DNA of 62,427 bases from an uncultured Anaerolineales bacterium (GTDB lineage Bacteria > Chloroflexota > Anaerolineae > B4-G1), in assembly GCA_964551295.1 (NCBI GenBank), contig CAZKDJ010000001.1, positions 1 through 62,427 on the forward strand, given 5' to 3'. Every line of letters begins with the position of its first letter. The first letter of the stretch is position 1. The position numbers were made by a program, and so were the translations under genes. The notes under the pieces were generated by a model. It had not been told where the DNA came from and ran no database searches. It was given only the letters and a program-made list of their open reading frames with translations. Below are positions 56,632-62,427 of this stretch, piece by piece.

Positions 56632-57474
56632 TCAACCTTTCCGCGCCCGGCAGGCCTTGATGTACCGCATCCCATATTCGTCCCGGCCCAGCAGCACATC
56701 GGCGGCCAGGATCGTATCGCAAAGGAGCGCCGGATGGCTGATGGGGCAGTTGACCCCGCACGCGATCGCCATGGCCATGAACGCCCGGTTCAGCAGGTCG
56801 CGCTCCGGCATGCCAAAGGAGACATTGCTGGCCCCCGCCGTAATGTTGGCATCCAGCTCGGCCTGCAGAAGGCGGATGGTCTCCAGCGCAACCCGCCCAG
56901 CCTGGGGCTCGGTCCCCACGGCCAACACCAGCGGGTCAAAGATGATGTCCTCGGCCGGGATACCCAGCGCGGCGGCACGGTCACGGATATTGTGGGCCAC
57001 CGCCAGGCGCTGCTCCGGCGTGGGCGGGATGCCATCGTCATCCATCAACAGGCCGATCACGGCGGCACCGCGCTCCGCCACCAGCGGCAGCACCGCCGCC
57101 AGCTTTTCCTCCTCCCCGTTGACCGAGTTGACCAGCGGCTTGCCCGGGCAAATGGCCAGCGCAGCCGCCAGCGCCTGTGGATCGAGCGTATCGACGCACA
57201 CCGGCACGTCCACCACATCGAACACCGCTTCGACGGCGCGGGGCAGCAGCGCCACCTCGTCCACGCCTGCTGCGCCGACGTTCACGTCGAGCACGGCAGC
57301 ACCGGCCTCCACCTGCGCCTGCGCCATCTCCCGCACGAGCGATAGATCACCCGCCGAAAGCGCCCGCGCCAGCTTTTTCTTGCCGGTGGGGTTGATGCGC
57401 TCACCGATGATCACTGTCGGCAGTTCTGGGCTGATGCGAACGGTACTGTTTTTTCCCCGTAGAACCGTCTCCAT
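56632..57474 (-). CDS. Pterin-binding methyltransferase (methyl-corrinoid:tetrahydrofolate MT; AcsE/MetH-pterin-like)
   Basis: IIGERINPTGKK, LDVNVG, VNSVNGE, IFDPLV, GASNVSFG.P.R. Confidence 0.88.
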   Translation of the reverse strand: METVLRGKNSTVRISPELPTVIIGERINPTGKKKLARALSAGDLSLVREMAQAQVEAGAAVLDVNVGAAGVDEVALLPRAVEAVFDVVDVPVCVDTLDPQALAAALAICPGKPLVNSVNGEEEKLAAVLPLVAERGAAVIGLLMDDDGIPPTPEQRLAVAHNIRDRAAALGIPAEDIIFDPLVLAVGTEPQAGRVALETIRLLQAELDANITAGASNVSFGMPERDLLNRAFMAMAIACGVNCPISHPALLCDTILAADVLLGRDEYGMRYIKACRARKG

Positions 57475-57494
57475 AGTCAAGTCTACCACAAGTC

Positions 57495-58130
57495 TCAATC
57501 TGCCGCCAACAACGTCTTGGCCCGGCCGGCAGCGGCAGAAGCATCAGGAGCGTAGAGATCGGCGCCGATATCCTCGGCGAAAGACTGCGTCACCGGCGCG
57601 CCTCCTACCATGACCATCACCCGGTCGCGCAATCCGGCCTCCTGCAACGCCTCGACCGTCGCCCGCATGCCGGGCATGGTGGTGGTCAGCAGCGCGCTCA
57701 ACCCGACGAAATCGGGTCGGTGCGCCTCTACCGCCTCCACGAACCCTTCGGGCGTCACGTCCACGCCCAGGTCGATCACCTCGAAACCAACGCCCTCCAG
57801 CATCATGCCCACCAAGTTCTTGCCGATATCGTGGAGGTCTCCCTTGACCGTGCCCAGGACAACCTTGCCCACCGGCTCGATGCCGGCATCCACCAAATGC
57901 GGCCGCAAAATCGCCAGCCCCGCTTTCATCGCGCGTGCAGAGATGAGCATCTCGGGCACGAACTTTTCGCCTTCTTCGAACAAGCGGCCCACCTCGGTCA
58001 TGGCTGCGATGGAGCCCTGGTATAGAATATCGGCCGCCGAGACGCCCGCCTCCAGGGTAGCCTGTACCTCGGCCTTTGTGGCAGCTTCGTCGCCATCGAG
58101 AACCGCGGCATAGATCGCTTCAATACTCAA
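57495..58130 (-). CDS. Corrinoid (cobalamin-binding) methyl-carrier protein
   Basis: Cap domain M.EVG.LFE.GE.FVPEML.SA.AM, GTV.GDLHDIGKNLV (DxHxxG), SAL.TTT, GGAP. TTG start with GAGGAGG SD. Confidence 0.93.
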   Translation of the reverse strand: MSIEAIYAAVLDGDEAATKAEVQATLEAGVSAADILYQGSIAAMTEVGRLFEEGEKFVPEMLISARAMKAGLAILRPHLVDAGIEPVGKVVLGTVKGDLHDIGKNLVGMMLEGVGFEVIDLGVDVTPEGFVEAVEAHRPDFVGLSALLTTTMPGMRATVEALQEAGLRDRVMVMVGGAPVTQSFAEDIGADLYAPDASAAAGRAKTLLAAD

Positions 58131-58160
58131 AGTCTGTCCTCCTCAATGAAAAATCCGATA

Positions 58161-59201
58161 CTACCCTTTTGAAGGCCACCGCCGGGCGGCCGCTACCAGG
58201 GCGTCGATGTTTTCAGGAAGCGTTCCCGGCGACACGCCGCCGCCGAAGGAGAGGATCATCCCCCCTCCCGGAGCCCCCTTATCCAAACACTCTTTTGCCC
58301 ACTGCGCTACTTCCGCGGGTGTCCCGCGCACGCCCAAGTCCAGCGGAGGCACGTTGCCCATCAGCGCCACGCGATGCCCCATCTTGGCCTTTACCTCAGC
58401 AGCGTCCACCTTGTGACTAAAGTTGAACACCTCGAAATTGGCCTCGGCCAGGCTCTCCAGCAGATGCGGGCAGGGGGTGTCGTTATGATAGACGCGGATC
58501 AGGCCGTCGAACGCGTCAAAGATGCGCCGCAGATGAGGGTGGATCATCTCTTCATAGTGCTGCGGCGAAACCATACCCACCAGGTCGTCCAACAGCATGA
58601 TGCCCTCCGGTTCGCGCAGCACGTCCAGCTGAGCGCGCAGCCAGCGGATGATGGATGTGGTCACCGTGTCCAGGAGCTTGGACGTCCTTTCCGGCTCAGT
58701 GGCCAGCGCCATCATCAGGGGCGTCATCCCCACCAACCAGGAAGCCGCCGTCATCGGCCCGCGGGCACAGACCATCCGGATAGCCAACCCCTGCGCCTGC
58801 AAGCGCTCGTCCATCGTCTCGTAGAGGCGCAGCACCAGGGGCATCAGCCCGTCTTCCTGCGGGTTGATCGGTTTCGCCTGCGCCCAAAAGGCCAGGTCGG
58901 GCACCAGGGGCTCGATGGAGGGCGGCCGGTCGGTGTAAAAACGCATCTTGGTGCCGAACGCCGAAGGCTCGGCTGCCATGCCGTACTCCACCCAAAAGCC
59001 GGGAATCCAGGCCACATCGGGAAAGCGCTCCAGCAACCCCAAGTTGATATCCAACCACTTTTCGGGAAAGAGAAAATAATCCCGCGTGTCGATGCCCGCG
59101 TAGCCGGGCAGCCACGGGCTATCGACGATCAGACCCACGGGGATCCGCTCCGGCTCCTCCAGCCGCGCCGCTTGCTTAAAGAGTTCCCAAGGTGTATCCA
59201 T
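58161..59201 (-). CDS. URO-D/MtaA-fold protein, putative substrate:corrinoid methyltransferase
   Basis: A...EP.RIPV, E.SAFG, GP.TAA..L.G, D...G.VSP..YEE, L.GNVPP, GGG.IL..G. ATG 59201. Confidence 0.82.
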   Translation of the reverse strand: MDTPWELFKQAARLEEPERIPVGLIVDSPWLPGYAGIDTRDYFLFPEKWLDINLGLLERFPDVAWIPGFWVEYGMAAEPSAFGTKMRFYTDRPPSIEPLVPDLAFWAQAKPINPQEDGLMPLVLRLYETMDERLQAQGLAIRMVCARGPMTAASWLVGMTPLMMALATEPERTSKLLDTVTTSIIRWLRAQLDVLREPEGIMLLDDLVGMVSPQHYEEMIHPHLRRIFDAFDGLIRVYHNDTPCPHLLESLAEANFEVFNFSHKVDAAEVKAKMGHRVALMGNVPPLDLGVRGTPAEVAQWAKECLDKGAPGGGMILSFGGGVSPGTLPENIDALVAAARRWPSKG

Positions 59202-59217
59202 CTCTATACTCCTTCCA

Positions 59218-60207
59218 TCATCGAAATCGGCTCTCCATCTGCCACATATCCGGGTTCGGTCCCAGAATGCGCTTGACCGCATCCGTCGCCTCGGTCAACC
59301 GGTCGACGACCTCGGAGGACAGCTCCAGATCGGCTGCCTGGGCCGTCTGCTCGATCTGATCTGGCTTGCGCGCTCCGGCAAGTACCGCGTTTACCCCAGG
59401 TTGGGCCAGCAGCCACGCTACAGCGACTTTGGCCATCGGTTCGCTGACCTCCCCGCTGATGCGGCCAATCTCCTTGACGGCGGCGAACGCCTCTGTCTCG
59501 CAGCCTGCTTCGCCGTGACGGGATCCGGGGCGATCCCCTGAAAAGAGGCGTATGCGCGCCCGGCCCTCGGGCACCTCGTCGGGCGTAGCATACTTGCCGG
59601 TCAGGAGCCCCTGCATCAGCGGACTGTAGCACAGGATGCCCACACCCGCCTCGACGCACTGGGGCTGAATCTCGTACTCGATGGCGCGCCAGAGCAGGCT
59701 GTAGGGCAATTGGTTCGTCTCCACCCATCCGATATCGAGCAGGTCAGGGAGATCCCCCGCGCCAAAGTTGCACACGCCGATAGCGCGTACCTTGCCCTGA
59801 TCGTGCAGCTTTTGCAGCGCCGCCATCGTCTCATCCAGGGGCACGGTGCGACTGGGCCAATGAATCTGGTACAGGTCGATGACGTCGGTTTGCAGGCACC
59901 GCAGGCTGCCCTCACAGGCCTGTAGCACGTCATCGGGCGACAGGTTGCTCCGGCTCACCTTGGTAGCGATCACAGCCTCGTGGCGACGGCCCTTCAGCGC
60001 CCGGCCCAGCACCTCCTCGGAATACCCTCCTCCATACCCTTCAGCAGTGTCGAAAAAATTGACCCCCGCGTCCAGCGCCGCGTGGATCGTGGCGATGGAG
60101 TCGGCCTCATCCTGTGGCCCCCACGTCCAGCCCCCGGCGATGGCCCAGCAGCCCATCGCCACTACAGAGACCTCGATGTCGGTTCGACCCAGTTCACGAT
60201 ATTTCAT
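59218..60207 (-). CDS. Aldo/keto reductase
   Basis: G.NFFDTAEGY, IATK, D.IDLYQIHWP, G..RAIGV.N, NQLPY.LL, YSPL.QGLL.G. Confidence 0.92.
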   Translation of the reverse strand: MKYRELGRTDIEVSVVAMGCWAIAGGWTWGPQDEADSIATIHAALDAGVNFFDTAEGYGGGYSEEVLGRALKGRRHEAVIATKVSRSNLSPDDVLQACEGSLRCLQTDVIDLYQIHWPSRTVPLDETMAALQKLHDQGKVRAIGVCNFGAGDLPDLLDIGWVETNQLPYSLLWRAIEYEIQPQCVEAGVGILCYSPLMQGLLTGKYATPDEVPEGRARIRLFSGDRPGSRHGEAGCETEAFAAVKEIGRISGEVSEPMAKVAVAWLLAQPGVNAVLAGARKPDQIEQTAQAADLELSSEVVDRLTEATDAVKRILGPNPDMWQMESRFR

Positions 60208-60220
60208 ACACGCCTCCTTG

Positions 60221-61597
60221 CTACCTCTTCAGCCATGGAGGAAGTGCATCGACCTTCCCCGGCAGTTCGAGCGGCTCCGTCGGCGATGGCATCGGTGGAC
60301 AATCGGGTTCCTCCAGGCCGTGAACGAGATCGTCGATCCGCACGGGCTGCCCGCGCTCCATCGAGCGATTGGCCGCAACGCCCGTCAGGATCGACCAGGC
60401 CCCAGCCCGCTGGTCGGCAGCGCGCAGGTACTTATCCTCGGGGGCATTGGGATCGAAAAGATGCTGGAGCATCACCGGATCGGCTCCGCCGTGGCCACCC
60501 TTGCTCTGCCAGACCTCGACTTCATAGCCGCTGCGAAAATGTGGAAAGACCTTGATCTTGGTACCTTCGGGCCGCAACTCGCCGGGCACGGTGCCATCAC
60601 CGCTAAAATACGCAGTCTCCATGCAGATGTGCTCGAGACGACCCTTGGAGCCGTTGAAGGCGACGGTGTATCCCTCCCAGGGCATAAACGCGTGTAGCGA
60701 GTAGCTCATCTGCGCTCTGCTGCGATAGGTCACGGTCACGGCCATCGTGTCTTCGATGTCGATCTCGGCGCTAAAGACACACCTGTCGCGGTAGTAGCCG
60801 TCATACTGCTCATTCTCCAAATACATATCCCTGAGCCCCGGAAAAGCACGCATGTCCATATAGAACGGACATCTCTCGGCTTCAGGACAACCCAAGCAAC
60901 GCTCTCCTCGCTCGGTGAGCCCGTACCGTTCCGCCATCTCCGGCGTGTAAAAGTTACGCGTCCCAGTAGCGTAAACTACCTCGGGAACCGTCGAAAGCCA
61001 CCAATTCACCAGGTCAAAGTGATGCGTGGCCTTGTGCACCATGAGACCGCCGGAGTTGCGCTTGTTGCGGTGCCAGCGGCGAAAGTAATCGGCACCGTGC
61101 TTGGTATCGAGCAGCCAATGAAAATCGACCGAAAAGACGTTGCCGATCACGCCCGACATGAGCAGGTCCTTGACCTGCGTGCGCGGCGGCGCGTAGCGGT
61201 AATTGAAGGTGACCTTGCATTCGCGCCCCGTTTCCTTCTGCGTATCGATGATGCGCTGGCACTTGTGCTCGTCGGTGGTCATGGGCTTTTCGGTCATCAC
61301 GTCGCAGCCCAACTCCATCGCCCGGCAGATGTAATCGTCGTGCGCCGAATCCTTGGTGGTCACGATCACTACGTCCGGCTTGGTCTCGGCGATCATCTGG
61401 TCGAACTGATCGTCGCTGTAGGCCGGCACCTCGACGCCATGCTCATGCGCCCAGTCGGCGCGCAACTGCAGACGGCCCGCGTTAGAGTCACAGAGGCCCA
61501 CGAGCTCAGCATGATCGGCAAAGTGCTCGGTGATAACTACCGAGTACATCATCGACCGGCTGCCAACCCCCACTTGTACATAGCGTTTCTTTGCCAT
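60221..61597 (-). CDS. Gfo/Idh/MocA family oxidoreductase
   Basis: VG.GSR, TEKPM, VTFNYRY, HGADYFRRWHR, GLMVHKATHHFD, GHGGAD. Confidence 0.9.
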   Translation of the reverse strand: MAKKRYVQVGVGSRSMMYSVVITEHFADHAELVGLCDSNAGRLQLRADWAHEHGVEVPAYSDDQFDQMIAETKPDVVIVTTKDSAHDDYICRAMELGCDVMTEKPMTTDEHKCQRIIDTQKETGRECKVTFNYRYAPPRTQVKDLLMSGVIGNVFSVDFHWLLDTKHGADYFRRWHRNKRNSGGLMVHKATHHFDLVNWWLSTVPEVVYATGTRNFYTPEMAERYGLTERGERCLGCPEAERCPFYMDMRAFPGLRDMYLENEQYDGYYRDRCVFSAEIDIEDTMAVTVTYRSRAQMSYSLHAFMPWEGYTVAFNGSKGRLEHICMETAYFSGDGTVPGELRPEGTKIKVFPHFRSGYEVEVWQSKGGHGGADPVMLQHLFDPNAPEDKYLRAADQRAGAWSILTGVAANRSMERGQPVRIDDLVHGLEEPDCPPMPSPTEPLELPGKVDALPPWLKR

Positions 61598-61610
61598 TGT
61601 AATCTTCTCC

Positions 61611-62426
61611 CTACACTGCTTGCACGTCCAAAACGACCTTGATGGTGGCCGGGTCCTCCTGATCCACCTTCTCGAACGCGGCGGCCACGTCCCGCATCGC
61701 CAACCGGTCGGTGACCAACAACTCCGGGTGCAACAACCCCTTCTCCATCAGCCGGATAGCGCGCGGGAACTCACCCAGCGTCACGCGCGAGGCGATGATG
61801 TGCGCCTCCTTGAGCACCAGGGTCTTGAAATGCACCGCCGACAGCTGCTCGCCCAACCCTGCCGTCACGATCCGCCCGGCTGCGCGCACCATCTTGACCG
61901 CCTGGGCCAGCGGCGCTTCCCGGCCCTCCAGCAAGTGATAGTGCCCCACCGCCTCGATCACACAGTCCGCGCCCGCGCCGTGGGTGGCCTCCATCACGCG
62001 CTCGACCGGGTCCTCCTGGGCGACGTCGATGGTGACGTCTGCGCCCAGCTTGCGCGCCGTCTCCAGCCGGTAGGGCTGCAGGTCAGCGACGATGGTCATC
62101 GCCGGGCCGGCGCTGTGGCACAGGACGTCGAGGATCGAGAGTCCCAGCTTGCCCGCACCCAGGATGGCGACAATCTCTCCCGGCTGCACCTGCCCGCGCC
62201 ACAGGATGTGGTGCCCCAGGCCGTACATCTCGACCATCGGCGCGTAGGTCATGGGAATGGCATCGGGCAGCGGGTACAGGTGGCTCGACGGCGTGACGAC
62301 ATACTGCCCGAACCCGCCGTCTAGGTCGACGCCCAGCAGCTTGAGCGTGCGGCAGGCGTTGATGTGCCCCGAAAGACATGCTGGACACCGGTGGCAGGAG
62401 ATGATGGGATCGACCACCACCCGGTC
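61611..62426 (-). CDS. Zinc-dependent (MDR) sugar/polyol dehydrogenase, 5' truncated by the window edge
   Basis: DRVVVDP..SC..C..C..G..N.C structural Zn motif, G.GKLG, GAD.VIEAVG. The frame is open to the window end. Confidence 0.9.
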   Translation of the reverse strand, partial: DRVVVDPIISCHRCPACLSGHINACRTLKLLGVDLDGGFGQYVVTPSSHLYPLPDAIPMTYAPMVEMYGLGHHILWRGQVQPGEIVAILGAGKLGLSILDVLCHSAGPAMTIVADLQPYRLETARKLGADVTIDVAQEDPVERVMEATHGAGADCVIEAVGHYHLLEGREAPLAQAVKMVRAAGRIVTAGLGEQLSAVHFKTLVLKEAHIIASRVTLGEFPRAIRLMEKGLLHPELLVTDRLAMRDVAAAFEKVDQEDPATIKVVLDVQAV

Positions 62427-62427
62427 G

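Noticed and set aside
56632-58130. Split methionine synthase (MetH), or dihydropteroate synthase for the pterin-binding gene
   Set aside because: No homocysteine-binding or SAM-reactivation domain gene and no folate genes nearby; URO-D MT partners fit a substrate demethylase better. A MetH-like role is not fully excluded.
53967-59201. URO-D proteins as heme-pathway HemE or methanogen CoM methyltransferases
   Set aside because: No tetrapyrrole or methanogenesis genes nearby, the canonical HxC…C motif is absent, and they neighbour a corrinoid protein and a THF methyltransferase.
55110-62427. Cobalamin riboswitch near the corrinoid genes
   Set aside because: Intergenic gaps here are too short and no B12-box-like sequence was recognised; any leader would lie beyond the window.

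Overview
A GC-rich bacterial chromosomal window. Gene content (tandem GT-C glycosyltransferases with repeated C-terminal domains, Thr/Pro-linker lipoproteins) suggests an anaerobic Chloroflexota/Anaerolineae-like organism; this is inference only. Layout: (1) 1-5400 is an AT-richer island abutting the 3' end of tRNA-Lys(CTT), with the start of a ParM/StbA-like actin gene, two paralogous excisionase-like HTH genes, a 1.1 kaa REase-like/TPR protein (defence candidate) and a SAM methyltransferase. (2) 5.5-22 kb holds surE, then a translationally coupled GT2 + AlkP-family + five GT-C genes whose linkers carry in-frame short tandem repeats and a 4-copy hairpin element. (3) 22-33 kb has Zn-ribbon membrane paralogues, Lia-like genes, a tandem OB-fold protein, yigZ, a radical SAM gene and rqcH. 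(4) 33-41.5 kb is an exported TPR / PsbP-like / OppA / metallopeptidase cluster. (5) 41.6-62.4 kb is a minus-strand hexuronate catabolic gene run (uxaC, uxaE, uxuB-like, LarA-family, gnd, GH4, PPi-PFK, CE15). Embedded in it is a cobalamin-dependent methyl-transfer module (two URO-D-fold proteins, a corrinoid protein, a pterin-binding methyltransferase). The best candidate for an undescribed system is this module: a putative anaerobic B12-dependent O-demethylase for methylated uronic acids or sugars. All family calls come from motif recognition, not database searches.
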